From Andalucia godoyi And28 (lineage: Eukaryota; Protista; Jakobida): a DNA stretch of 64,000 nt. The translations under genes were made by a program, and so were the position numbers. Location: the NCBI GenBank assembly GCA_009859145.1, contig VRVR01000012.1:186001-250000 (forward strand). The letters are read 5' to 3'. Below, piece by piece: positions 30,021 through 42,235 of this stretch (positions are counted from its first letter, which is position 1; each line of letters opens with the position of its first letter). The notes under the pieces are model-generated. The model was not told the origin of the DNA, did no database searches, and was given only the letters and a program-made list of their open reading frames with translations.

Positions 30021-33000
30021 TCAATCTTCATCGGACTGCACAAAGGACTCGACGTCGTGAAGTGACCATCCAGAAGCTTTCATCTGTTGCGCCATTGCGG
30101 GCCCGCAGCTCATGACATGCAGTGCATCGGACCGGGACAAGAACGGAACAAGGTACTTTTGCGCTGCACTGCGGACTTGGTCAACGGTGACATTCATTAC
30201 TTTTGCATCGCTGGAAAATCCCTCGGCCAGAGACGACAATCCCATAAACGTGCATCCGAGTCCTCGGCGCAGAATATTGATTGGTGTGGAAACAAGCGAC
30301 TGCTGTCGGAAGACAATGGACGCCCGGCCGTCGATGACGCTGTCTTCCGTCAAGTACTCCAGGCTGCGAGCCAGGACGGCAGCGGCATGCTCAAGGGCTT
30401 CAAGAGGACGACTCGTTTCGGAGATGTTTAGGACAATGGCATTCCAATGGATTGAATAAGAAATCGCGGCATGATATGCAAGACCATGCCCGCGGATCTC
30501 TTCGTACAGCGGCCCTTCAGTCAGGGAAAGGGCTTCGCATGCAATCATGAGAGGAAAAAACTCGGGATCTGACCGAAGGACTGCAGCAGGGACAATCACT
30601 TCCACAAACGCTGACTCCACACCGCGAACAGATATTGCCATTTTCGCATTATGGTGCTTGGAATGTCTGAAGGGGCGGAACAGGAAATTGGACAGATAGG
30701 TGATGAGCATCCGCTTCGAGCCAAAATGCTGCATCAGAGAAGAAACAAGGGTCGTCATCACAAGATCTTCGGACGGACAGCCGATTTGCACAAAGACAGG
30801 GGCAGATGTAGACATGTATTTTGCAATTTTGGAAAGGCTTCGCACTGCTTCTTCGGGATTGGATTTAGCTCTTCGCAACAGCGGCTCCTGCACAAACGGC
30901 GAAATCGACCGAAAGTTGGAGCTGCCGCGGCTTGCTTCCGTCAAGCGACCGGCAAGGAAGTCGCACACTGCAGAACCGTCACGCAGGCCCTCAGAAATAT
31001 CTGTGTGTAGATTGTGAGACATGGACGAGATGCGATCTGCAGAAAAGATAACAGTCTCAAACAGGTGTCGGCACCAATATTCAACTTGGCTGACCTTCGT
31101 CGATTCAACACAGAAATAAACGAACAGAAAATCCGGATAAGAAGAACAGGAGAAGACAGCATTCCCCAGACCAACAGCACATTCAAAAGATATCAAATCT
31201 TGCTGCAGTCGTTTGACCACTTCTTGATAGGACATCACATTGTTCGTTGAAGGATCAAGACGATCGGAAGAGAACAGCAGTTCTTGGAAAAGCACAAGGA
31301 ACGGTCTCAATGCATTCGGCAGCTGTGTGGTATCGAAAACAAGTCGAACATGCACGAACTGTGTCGGCAGGGTTACTGTCTGCAGCAGAACATCGCTGAA
31401 TGGAAAACGGTCCGATACACCTTGCAATGTCTGCCCGACGGACGGAGAAGAGTTGTCCAAATTATGAATCCAACTGTCACAGACTGGGGCATGTTTCTCA
31501 ACCGCTGCTTTCTCAAGATTGCAAGTGGCCGTTGGAAGGGCAGGATATGGGGCTTTGAGAGACATGGATGGCTGTGTCACAACCTCTACATGTGGATTCA
31601 CCAGGAGCCATTTCCTGATGGCATCTCGGAAGACCTGGTCACCTTGCTCCGTCGTGCGCAGCAAATCATCGTATACTTCAAGAACCGCAACGTGCTTTCC
31701 AATCGGGTTCTGCGCCGTCGTCTTGGCGCCTCCAAGAAGTTCTTGGTAAAGGACATCTGTGATAAGCAAGTCGACCACAGTTTCCAGCGGGTTGTCTTCC
31801 AGCGTCTCCAGATACTTGATCTTCTCCCTTTTGATGACACGCTGCATGTACTCGATTCCCTGCGATAGTCCATTGTCCGCAATTCGCTCCAAGATGCTGA
31901 ACAGACGATCTCGCAGCACACCAGGCGCTAGGTAATTTGGAGCATCTTCTGCTTGACCCGAAGAAGAGGATGTGGAGGATGCAGACGCCTGAGGCGAGAA
32001 GTCGTCATCTTCTTCCTCTTCGCCATCTCTGTCGCAATCATCCGCCAATGCAGACCCAGAGTCGGACATGCTGGATGCGTCTGTCGTCGCAGAACTGCGT
32101 TCAGAATCCGAATCAGGCTGATCTCCATTGGAAACACCCGTAAAAATCAGGCTAAAAGAAGATTCACTGAACAAATTGAAAGTAAAATCGATTCCGCTCG
32201 CAATCGGATGCTTGCATTCGACGAATTCCTGCATCAGGACTTCTGCTTCCGATCCCTGGAGGTATGAAAAAAGACACTCAAGCACCATGATCTCTCGGAT
32301 GTTCAAGAAATGAGGCCCTCGCCAAGCAATAGCAACAGATCCGGTTCGTTCATCTGGAGAAGAAAACTCGACCGTCGCCTGCTGGGAGGCTTGCATGGGA
32401 GAGAGCTGCGTCGACCATGGCCGAGGATGTGTGTCCACATGGTGCACAGGAAAGTCGACGCGCTCAATGGATTGCATAACGGACTGCTTGTCACACTGTC
32501 CCAGAACAATGATCGCGCAATTATCGACACGATAATATTTCTGGTGATAGTCTCGTACTTCCTGTGCCGTCAGACTCGGCATGTCAAGAATTGATCCGCC
32601 ACTGTCATAGCAATACGAAGACTCTGGATACAGCCGACTTCTCAATGCATTCTCCAGCAAGTCTGCTTCCGTGAACTGGCGAGCTTCCATTTCGGAAAAG
32701 ACAACCCCGGAGTACGCATTCTTGCTCCTGTCGAACGAGACAACTTCGGTCTCGAAGTTCTCATCGGTGATGAGAGGATTGAATATGTGATCCAGGAAAA
32801 CAGGAAGAATCTTTTCAAGCCCTTCAGCGCTTGCGGTTCTGATTCCGTAACTCGTGTAGTCCCATGCCGTGTACGCTTCCGTTCCCGTTGACAAGCTGGC
32901 CATACAAATCGGAAGCGGAGGGAAAGCAAGCCATCAGCATCACGCAATGTAAACAGAAACAGAAACAGAAACAGAAACAGAAACATACCATCGAGTTGCC

Positions 33001-33266
33001 AATCGATCCAACAGGCCTCGCTGAGGATAGTGCTTCGATCCAAGAAATACCAGATGCTCCAACGTGTGCGGGAGTCCTTTGTTGTCGTGCGGTTCTGTAG
33101 GGATGACGACGTTTAATTCGCACAGAGGACCCGGGATGGGACAGAAAACAAGTCGCAAGTTGGAGCGTTTGTGCAGATACACGTCAATTGGTACTCCACA
33201 GTCTGCACTGGGAGAAAACGAAGGCAGTCGAAGCGACGAAATCAAATCGTACATATTGTGCGACAT
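30021..33266 (-). CDS. M16C (insulinase-family) zinc metallopeptidase; exons 33266..32989 and 32895..30021
   Basis: The inverted zinc motif GLPHTLEHLVFLGS is in exon 1. A phase-2 GTATGT...CAG intron (32988..32896) joins it to C-LSTGTEAYT...; GVVFSEM and IRGHGLAY follow. Confidence 0.92.
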
Positions 33267-33694
33267 TTTCCTAACAAATCGGCGTCCAAATCGCATGCAG
33301 AATGCACCACACACTATATAAAAAACCCTCTTTTTCTCTTTTTCCAATGCGCAGACAATAAGAGATTCCAAAAAAAAAACCAAAAAAAAAACCCTGAAAG
33401 AACGAAAAGGAGAAAGAAATCAGGAGGAAAAGATCCAGAGGTTTCGCGGGATACCGCCGTGCTGTAGTGTGCACACACACTGTAGCCAGCTGTTCCACCG
33501 CTTGTCAAGAGTCCAGAAAATCCTTGGAAAAACGCCTTAATTTTCCTATTTGATGATGCCAATGATGGCGATGATTTATGTAATTTCTTTTTTCCTTCAC
33601 CGAGAGCATTTTTTGTTGTTAATTTTTTCTCTTCCTTTTTTCGCTTCCACTCGTGGCGAACGTACAAGCTGTGAAGAATCTGAATCTGGGAAAG

Positions 33695-34567
33695 ATGGAC
33701 GTGTCTACTGCGCAAGGAGCGTTGGCTGAAGCTAGCGTCGTTGTGGCGGACACGAATGATGCTGGTGTTCCAGCAGCCAAGCGTCGGTATTCTCGGAAGC
33801 GGCCATCAAGAACAAAAGACGAGAAGACGGCTGTGCCAAGTGGACCTCCTCAGGACATAACGCTTGGCGAGTATATCAAAGTCGCTTCTGGAATGGACAG
33901 GGCCTGGATTCCTCCGTCCCTGTCGTCCTTCCTCGGTTCTTCTGGACTTCCAGTGAATCCGACAGTTTCGCTGAATGCTCTGGCACCGACGTTGGAGGAA
34001 CGAGACCTCGCTGATAGAGGACTCGGGAATCCCGGAGACCTTGCTTCAACTGATCTATTCTCAGGAGTCAACGAGGATCCGCGGCAGAAAAATCACATTG
34101 AACACGTTCGAGAACCCGTTTCCACACACGACGGCTCCTGTTTCTTTGTCCCTGTCAAAATGCTGCAGCTGGAGTCGTTGCAGGCTGTACTGAATGAGAA
34201 AGTATGGATGGAGAAATTATCGGGAGAGGAGCGAAATTATCTAAAGTCGTTCTTACCTTCGCAGGCGGATCCAGAGCAGTGTGCGAAGGCGGTGTTGGGA
34301 GGACGGGACGTGTATTTTGGAAATCCACGAGACATCTTTTTCACGAAGTTACAGCAAGGACAGTACCATCCGTTCGTCGCGAGAGAAAAGGCGGCTGCAG
34401 ATCTTGCAGCAAAGGCTGACTATGCATATCGTGTGCGCATGTACCATAACCTGATGGTTAAATCGGCGAGGACATCTCTATTGGGGAAGGTGCCTCTGCA
34501 GTACCCGCATGTCGTCGCCCTTGCAGATGCAGAGACTGACTCCGAACTGTCAGATATGGACAAGTAG
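33695..34567 (+). CDS. NFRKB/INO80G-like DEUBAD (ASX-homology) domain protein
   Basis: L..VLNEKVWMEKLSGEERNYLKSFLP...YFGNP...F..KLQQGQYHP...YHNLM matches the DEUBAD consensus. Confidence 0.8.
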   Translation: MDVSTAQGALAEASVVVADTNDAGVPAAKRRYSRKRPSRTKDEKTAVPSGPPQDITLGEYIKVASGMDRAWIPPSLSSFLGSSGLPVNPTVSLNALAPTLEERDLADRGLGNPGDLASTDLFSGVNEDPRQKNHIEHVREPVSTHDGSCFFVPVKMLQLESLQAVLNEKVWMEKLSGEERNYLKSFLPSQADPEQCAKAVLGGRDVYFGNPRDIFFTKLQQGQYHPFVAREKAAADLAAKADYAYRVRMYHNLMVKSARTSLLGKVPLQYPHVVALADAETDSELSDMDK

Positions 34568-34860
34568 ACTTTCTCTGCGCGGGGCTGCTTCAACTGTTTC
34601 TTTGCTGATTCTCGAAGGCCTCTAGAAGTTCAAGTGACAGTTCTTGCTTCTTGCGGTTCTTCGGTGCCAACGACAACAATCTGGGGAGATTTTCGGAATG
34701 AACCGCGATAGTTCCGCAGCCGTCAAGCAGTGTCCAGTGAAGATCTGATACAACTCGGCGGGGAAGTCCTTCAAAAAGACATCCGTTTACACTGCTTCTT
34801 TGGTTCTTCGTTTTCCCCCTCTGTGCAACAACAAATGTAATTGAACGCCAGTTCATAGAC

Positions 34861-36171
34861 ATGCAGACAGATCCAGTCGAGTTTTCAAGCAAGCCAGTGG
34901 AAACGCGTGCCCGAAGCTTCTCTTTCTCAGTACCACCTTTCCGGTCGTCCTCTAATCGGTCATTTAAGAGCGTTGACGCTTCTTCTGGCTCTTGGAAGCC
35001 TGTCGATGAAGAGATGGGCGGTGAGAATCCATCGATGAAAAAGCCTCCTCCAGATGTTCCGTCGGTGGTGATCATGAACGATACTGGGGTAGTTTCCCAA
35101 GGCGGTGCTGATCATCCGTCTTACGCACCAGCCTCTTCGATCGAAAAGTTGAAGTCGAACGATGAACTCAACAAGGATAAACACAACATGCACGAGTTTA
35201 TCGGATTTCTGATGTTGTTTCTCCTTTCGATAACCATTCCTGTGACAATAGTGTCTGTGATTTCGCATCGAAGTCTGTGGTTGACATATAATGCCAATAT
35301 ATTTTGGACGATTCCAACAGGGATTGGCGTCACGCTGTGCATTTGGTATCTTACGTCCAAGTTTCGAATATGGCTGCTGAGACGGAACAACTTTACTGAA
35401 GAAGAGATTCGAAGCATCGTGCAGCACCGGAACAAGGAATTTCCTCTCGCGGAAATGCGGAGTCGGCACACCAGCCACTGTTTGCGAGTCTGCGATGGCA
35501 TTCCGAGGAAACTCAATCATGTCTTCACGACATTCTTCAATCTCTTCTTCGTGTCGTTTGCCATCACCGACAACAGCGTCCGTATCCAGACAGCAATTGT
35601 GGGGCAAGTCCTGAATATTATTGTTTCGGCGCTGGTCTACCGATCCGACGGGTGGATTGCGTCGTCACCATTTTTCGGTTCGTCTTCCCGTATTCGCGAT
35701 GGTCGCTGGGGACGTTTGAATTTGATGATCGTTCGTGTTGTTGGCTTGACTGCGTTGTTAATGGTCACTTCGATTTTCTCCTTCCTTCAGGATGACGTCG
35801 ACAAGACACGACAGTCACTTGTCATTGTCTATGCTTATATTCCGACAGCGTGCGGTGACGCTGCAGGCGAAGTGATCGGTTCTTTGTTTGGGAAAATAGA
35901 ATTCAAAGTTTGGGGAATCGGAGAAGTGAATCGCAAGACGGTTGAAGGGACAACTGCGGTATTTTTGTTTTCCATTGTGCCCATGCTCATTGTGTCATGT
36001 ATTTATGAAGTGGATGATTTTACGATTTATCGGTTTTGGTTGATCCTCATCATGTCCGTGGTTTCTACGGTGCTGGAAGTTATCAGCCCTCGAGGCACAG
36101 ACAACTGGACCTTGCCGACTGCAAACGCAGCAATTGCATATCTCTGGGTTTCGCAAGGGAACCCAATTTAG
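34861..36171 (+). CDS. CTP-dependent lipid kinase family membrane protein (phytol/farnesol/dolichol kinase or DGK1-like)
   Basis: RKLNH, CGDAAGEVIGSLFGK, KTVEGT and LE.ISPRGTDNWTLP within a multi-TM protein. Confidence 0.82.
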   Translation: MQTDPVEFSSKPVETRARSFSFSVPPFRSSSNRSFKSVDASSGSWKPVDEEMGGENPSMKKPPPDVPSVVIMNDTGVVSQGGADHPSYAPASSIEKLKSNDELNKDKHNMHEFIGFLMLFLLSITIPVTIVSVISHRSLWLTYNANIFWTIPTGIGVTLCIWYLTSKFRIWLLRRNNFTEEEIRSIVQHRNKEFPLAEMRSRHTSHCLRVCDGIPRKLNHVFTTFFNLFFVSFAITDNSVRIQTAIVGQVLNIIVSALVYRSDGWIASSPFFGSSSRIRDGRWGRLNLMIVRVVGLTALLMVTSIFSFLQDDVDKTRQSLVIVYAYIPTACGDAAGEVIGSLFGKIEFKVWGIGEVNRKTVEGTTAVFLFSIVPMLIVSCIYEVDDFTIYRFWLILIMSVVSTVLEVISPRGTDNWTLPTANAAIAYLWVSQGNPI

Positions 36172-36653
36172 CGATGAATTTAATAATTAAAATAACACCA
36201 AGTCTTTTTCTTCCTCGTGCATCTCGAATCTGTCGGATGTCGTGAAAGGCGGGGGCTCGGAGCTCGGACCTCGAAGCCTGTCGATGAAACGATGGGCTTG
36301 CTTTTCGCGAGATGGGGACGAATTCAAGAACAGAAAAAGAAACTGTGTGTCCAAATAAAAAATGCAGAGAATTTAAGAGGTCAACATGAATTACACAAAA
36401 GCACGCACACACACAAAAAAAAAGACACTACTACATCTCCATTGCACAGAACTGACAGAAAAGAGTAAGGCGAGGCACGGCAACCCACGCGAAACGAGTA
36501 GCCCATGTTGGACATTTCATGTGTGCATTGTGCCCACATCTCATTCAAAATCCAAAACCTCTTTACAAGGGATCTACAAAGATGCCCATGCATCCACAAA
36601 CACACAAACACAGAAAAACACACACATACACACATACACACATAGAGAAAACA

Positions 36654-37746
36654 CTACGACGCGGCCATGTTAATCCTTGCTGTGCTGGGAAAGCTGTTGT
36701 TTCCAACAATCTTTGCACCCTCCGAAGCTTCCAATTTGCACGGACCCTTGAAGACAATGGTGTTTGCATCTCTTCCTGGAAAAGGCATCCCGGTCTTAAG
36801 AAGCATGGGATGCAGAGCATTCTGCGATGAAACACAGCCGCCGCGAATCGTGAACTCGCAGGAACCGGAACCCGAGATTGCTCTTTTCCCACTTACTGTG
36901 CAGTTGATGAGTTCGGCCTTCACACCTCCAGCGCACTCGATGGCCGTTCCATTCTTGCAGATGATATGGCAATTCTGCAGCGTCAGCGTTCCGGACCCTC
37001 TTGCTCGGATGCAGACTTCATCTGCAATGATAATGCCTCCGGATATGGACAGCTTGACAGAACCCCCTACAGTGACTCCTTCCTTCGCTTGGATTTCGCA
37101 ATCCGTAAGTGTCAGGTATCCGTTTCCGCTCTTCTGTACACCAATATTTGCGGCTTTCACATGGCACCCCATCAGCGTAAGATTGGACGAGCCGCGAGCA
37201 GTGACGCCGTCCTTTTGGGAATCGACCAAAATGTCGTGATACTCGGCCGTCCCACTTGGATTCTCCACATAAAGCCCCTCATTTCCACCCGCAAGCTGGT
37301 TGGGCACTGCACGGCCCCCTCGGGCAAAAGACAAGTGGCAGTTTTCGCAGATGCGCTCTGCAGTTACCCAGTTTGGCAGTTGAACGTGTGCAAAGCAGCA
37401 CGATGTGCAAAATATCTTTCCGCAGTTTCGACAATGATGCTATTCATGGAATAATTGCAAAAAAAGAGGGGGGGGAAAAAAGCATGTTAGACGCAAACAC
37501 TTCACAGTCGGAAACACCACCCCATTTTCCCCAACCATGGGCTTCACAAGAATGTGCAATTTCATGAACCAAGGGGCACGAGGCACGAGACGCGAAGAGG
37601 GGGGGGAAAAACTGAGAAAGACATACCTTGCGATTCACAAGAGAAAATGACGCTTTGCAACCTTTGCAAGACTTCACGTCCTTGTCCGATTCCCATTGAG
37701 GACACTCCTTTGTAACAGGCGCATTTGCAAGCACCATTTCCGCCAT
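36654..37746 (-). CDS. FYVE zinc finger plus right-handed beta-helix protein; exons 37746..37627 and 37439..36654
   Basis: A phase-0 GTATGT...TAG intron joins W.SD...C..C...F...NRK to HHCRNCG.IFC..C...RICENC, giving a complete FYVE domain. G.S..T...C.I beta-helix repeats follow. Confidence 0.88.
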
Positions 37747-37751
37747 TTCCC

Positions 37752-37860
37752 AAACCAAACCAAACCAAACTAAACTAAACTAAACTAAACTAAACTAAGC
37801 TGAAGCCACACGCAAACTCCAACTCAAACTTAAATTCAAATTCAAATTCAAATTCAGATG
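37752..37860. repeat. Compound microsatellites (AAACC)n(AAACT)n and (AAATTC)n upstream of the FYVE gene
   Basis: Directly visible pentamer and hexamer arrays. Confidence 0.9.
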
Positions 37861-38378
37861 ATTCAGAAAATAATAGCAAATAAGAAAAATAGAAATGCTC
37901 TCAATTTTGGAGAAGTGCGCAGATCAGAATTGTAATATAAAGATATAAAAGAAAGAAAGAAAGGGGGGGAAAAATACGAGAAGATCAAGACTGAACGGAC
38001 TGAAATGAAATGAGCGGAAGGAAAAGGATTGAATAAACGAAGTGAAATGAGATGAAGATAGAACGCGCAAAGATGAGAGCGGAAAGATTTTATGTCGGAG
38101 TTTTGAGTTTTTTATTTTATTATTTATTATTTGGATTGTCAGAGCACATGTGAGTTCTGACTTCTGAGCAGGTTTTTTTTTTAATATTATTATTAAAAAA
38201 TTGCTTTTGATTCTGAAATGACAAATACGTCAAGCCTCAAGCTGCCTCATGTAGTCTGTTTCTGTTCCCGCCAGATGCACAGTTTTGCATTTTTTTTCTC
38301 CATTTCTTTAATGCTTTCATTACTTTCATTTACTTTCATTTCTTCGTTTCTCCAAAAGGGAAAAAAAGCGCACCGAGA

Positions 38379-40718
38379 ATGCCAAAGGAGATTTTACAAA
38401 AACAAATTTCTAAAAGATTCGACATGCGCGATCTGGATTTCCATCTGGATGAAGATCATCGACACGGATTAAAGAAACCTACAACGCGGACATTGGAACG
38501 GCCTTTGAAGCGCCCGAGAAAATCCTCCGTCTTGGATTCTGAAGATGCCAAGGAATTTGTGCCAAGCCCAGGCGACGAGGACGACGAGGACGGGGACGAG
38601 GACGAGAACAAGGATGGCAGTAACGGTGACAATGATGAAAGCGATGGTGCCATTCATGATCGGCTCCGGCGCAGTCCAAAGGACACGACCAATTCAAAGA
38701 GCCGGCGCAAATCTTCGACGAAGGGTGTAGGTGCAAGAGTGTCATCTGCTTCTGCGCAGCAAGCAGATAAGTCCAAACGGCCGAATCGGCGGTCGATGCC
38801 GGACGATGACGACAGCGATCGCGATAATAGCAGCGACTTGACGGGCGGTGCGCATCGAAGAAAGACATCGAGCGCGCTTTTGGATGAAGAAGATGATGAC
38901 GATCTTCCTGCTCGATTAAGAACAAAGACAATGATCGGAAATTCTGTGCTGGACGACGACAATGAGGATGATGATCATCAAGAAGAAGATCACGGTCGAA
39001 ATCGTTGCAATCGGAACCAATTGGGAGGAACCAAAGGATCTTCGACGAAAAGGCGAACAGCAGACACTCGTTCTAGTTCCAAAGGTCGGACGAAAGAGTA
39101 CTATGAAGCTCCAAAGCGGAAAAGAGGACCAGCGGTTGTCGCTCCAGAAGAACGTGGCCATCCTCGAAGAGACGAGTATCCCTCTGATGATTCCTTTATT
39201 GTCGACGAAATTGAGTATGATGACGACTATGACTTGTCAGACGAGGAGCCGTCGAGCAATTTGCCATTTCATGCATCGTTTGAAACGGAGGAGAGAGTTG
39301 GGCCAGTGCGCTTGGATGATGAGCAGCTGTTTCCTATTTACATCCAGTTTTTGATTTCGACACTGCTGGATAGAGACTTTGTTGCCAGCTTGAATCAGTC
39401 TCCTGAGAACAAGGCGTATTTCATGACCGCATTGCGAAAGGTCGAAGACGACATCAATTTCCGAAAATCCTCGCTGGTGGATTCAGCTGCTTGGACGTCC
39501 GAGTTTCGAGACATCCTGAGCAAGCTGCCGTTTATCGATGCAGGAGACGCGTGCCAGGGGCTCCATCCAACATGCCAGGCATGTGGCAGGGCAAACCACC
39601 CTGCCAACTTTGTTCTGCACTTGTCAGGTATCCGATACGACACATTCAGATTGGGAACCAAGCACAACGAATGGAGACTGACTCATGGCAAGGTGTGGGA
39701 GGAACGCAAATTCCTCGTTGGTCGGTTCTGTTTGGTGCGCTCTCTTGTTTGGCACCGAATGCATCACATGAAGTTCCATCTCATGCGCCAGCTTTTCTTT
39801 CACATTGAACAGCTTCGCTCAACAAAGTCTGGAAAGCGTGCCGTCGGGCTGTCTTGGCAGCACCTGACAGACGTGATCCTTGGAGATGAACATTATATGC
39901 GGCATCTACGTGTCGGATATGATAGAATCTTGAAGGCCAGCGAGTCGTACATATTCTTTGATGGAATTGGAGCAGGGGATTCTTCTTGGGAAAAGGAGCT
40001 TGGAACATACTCAGAGAGAGAGGATATGGAGGCTCTGTCACTTCCGCCATTTATGTTGGTGGTCACCCATGAAGAGTCGGATTCCGAATCCGAGGCTGAC
40101 CACCATCTGTCGCCAAAGAAGACGACTCGGGGAGGCAAGCTCCGGAAACACCCGTTGAATGTTCACCAGCACGATGATCTCTTTGACAAGGATGAAGAAC
40201 CGGTTGGGGGGTCCACGACAAATGTGGTTATCACAAGATCCGAAGATGATGCGTCGAACGAGGAACTGGAGCCCGGTGTTGTGCTGCAAAGAGTTTCGCG
40301 GCACGATCGCAAGTCGTCCGACAAGGACGATGAATGGCCTGTCGGAGAAGAAGAGCCAGTAAGTGATCAATCCGACGACGTCGTCCAGATTGTTCGTCAA
40401 AGGGGAAATCCGCGCGAAGAACAGAAACTCACAAACGTTCTAAAGGCGGCAGCAATCCAGAAGTCCAAGCAGGCAACGCAGAATGTGGAAATCGATCCAA
40501 TGGACGAATACGACCCCGAGGTGGTGTCGAGCAACAACAAGAAACCGGGGAGTTCGAAAGCAACAATGTCCCTGCAAGTCAAATCCAGAAAGCGGGTACT
40601 TGATGATGATGATGATGATGAGCTGGGAAATGAGACAACAGATTCCGCGTCCGACGTATTCATCGATTCCGATTCTAGCGAAGCAAAGGCTCCGCAGTCA
40701 AAGAAGAAACGGTTATAG
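38379..40718 (+). CDS. CCDC82-like DUF4211 domain protein
   Basis: An acidic N-terminus precedes YIQFLIS..LD...YF..ALRKVED, SLV.S.AW, CQACGR, F.VGRFC..RS..WH..HH.K. Confidence 0.75.
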   Translation: MPKEILQKQISKRFDMRDLDFHLDEDHRHGLKKPTTRTLERPLKRPRKSSVLDSEDAKEFVPSPGDEDDEDGDEDENKDGSNGDNDESDGAIHDRLRRSPKDTTNSKSRRKSSTKGVGARVSSASAQQADKSKRPNRRSMPDDDDSDRDNSSDLTGGAHRRKTSSALLDEEDDDDLPARLRTKTMIGNSVLDDDNEDDDHQEEDHGRNRCNRNQLGGTKGSSTKRRTADTRSSSKGRTKEYYEAPKRKRGPAVVAPEERGHPRRDEYPSDDSFIVDEIEYDDDYDLSDEEPSSNLPFHASFETEERVGPVRLDDEQLFPIYIQFLISTLLDRDFVASLNQSPENKAYFMTALRKVEDDINFRKSSLVDSAAWTSEFRDILSKLPFIDAGDACQGLHPTCQACGRANHPANFVLHLSGIRYDTFRLGTKHNEWRLTHGKVWEERKFLVGRFCLVRSLVWHRMHHMKFHLMRQLFFHIEQLRSTKSGKRAVGLSWQHLTDVILGDEHYMRHLRVGYDRILKASESYIFFDGIGAGDSSWEKELGTYSEREDMEALSLPPFMLVVTHEESDSESEADHHLSPKKTTRGGKLRKHPLNVHQHDDLFDKDEEPVGGSTTNVVITRSEDDASNEELEPGVVLQRVSRHDRKSSDKDDEWPVGEEEPVSDQSDDVVQIVRQRGNPREEQKLTNVLKAAAIQKSKQATQNVEIDPMDEYDPEVVSSNNKKPGSSKATMSLQVKSRKRVLDDDDDDELGNETTDSASDVFIDSDSSEAKAPQSKKKRL

Positions 40719-40750
40719 TTGCAACGCCACAGAACTGTGCAAATGACACA

Positions 40751-41694
40751 TCAATGCTCGCCTTCGCTCTCTACATCCTCTCTTTTTGCACGCTTTATCG
40801 CGGGAACACGGGATTGGGCGGGGAGCCGCAGGAAATGATCGTACACATTCTGCTCTACGTAATGATACTTTGTGGGTTGCTCCACAACGAATTCTCCATC
40901 TGAGACAACAAATCTTGCCCGTGATTTCATAGCATCGTCAAGTCCAAAAAAATTGCTCTTGTCGCTCAGTAGCTTTAGGGCAAGATCACGCGGACATTTC
41001 TCAAAAAGATCCATAAGGTACGACGACAACTGAGATCGGCGCTCAAAAATGAGCTTCCAAGCATATTTGCAGTGAAAGTATCGAGCATTCAACCCAGGAT
41101 ACTTTTCTGAAAGAATGGATGCAATGAGCTGCCAGTGCTTCCCGTGCTCAATCACAAGCATACAAACATCCACCAAATGTACTATACAAATGACATCATT
41201 ATTTTGAACGTAAAAAAGCATGAGTACCAATATACATATACATATATATATATATATAATAGAAAATAAAATTAAAAAACGGGAAGATTCAGTAAGAAAC
41301 AGACATTTGAAAAATAATGCAAATACAAAAAAGGAGTAGCAGCAACCACCACCACAACAACAACACCAACAACCATAACAACAACAACAACAACAACAAA
41401 AAGAAGAAGAAGAAGAAGAAGAAGAAGGCGATAATACATACGAGGCTCTAATCTGCTCAGTTTAGGGTTTCCGGATTTTTCAGCAGTCATTTTGCTCCAA
41501 AGTTCAAGACACTCAACAAGAGACCTGGAGCGAACTTCACGGGCGATTGGCATGAAGTTTGTAGTTCCATATTTCATAATTGCATTACAAAACGTTCGAA
41601 GCTCATCTGCGGTCCACGGATCCGTCATTCCAACGGAATACTGCATGTAGTTCTCGATGAATGCAGAGTCCTGGTCTTCCGCAAGGCCGCTCAT
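40751..41694 (-). CDS. Myb/SANT-domain protein; exons 41694..41442 and 41181..40751
   Basis: WTADELRTFCNAIMKYG..NF..IA..V.SRSL.EC (SANT). A phase-1 GTATGT...TAG intron links it in frame to a second repeat, EHGKHWQLIA. Confidence 0.8.
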
Positions 41695-42235
41695 GTTCGT
41701 TCGAAAAGCAACCCCAACAAAACGGCTAGCGAGAAGAAAAAGAAAAGAAAAAAGACGACGACGACGACGACGACGACGAATAAGAAGAATAAAAAGAAGA
41801 AATTGTCGGAGGGGGAAGTGAAGAAAAGTTAAATAGAAAAGTTAAATAAATAAATAAATAAAAGGAAAAGTTGCTAACGAAGACGACGGAAATGTGTTGC
41901 GAGGCTGAAGACATTGTTTTTGCAGCAACTGAGAAACGGATTGAAAGGAGAAAAATTTTAAAATTTTCACTTTAAAAAATGTCAGAGGATTGCAACTGAC
42001 ACCCTTACGGACTCATGCCAAGCTTCGTGTACAGTCGCTGTCCAATTCCCCCAAAATTTCGAGATCTTTATCGTTTTTCGCTGATGGCGGCTTTCTTGGG
42101 AATTTTCTTTGCTTATTATTCTCGTCTCTTTTTTTCTACTTACTTGTGTAGAGTTGAATGCATCAAGGTTAAAAGTTACTTATTGTTTGTTAGCAATCGA
42201 CGGCGGGAAAAAACAAAAAAAAAAAAGCATTGGGG

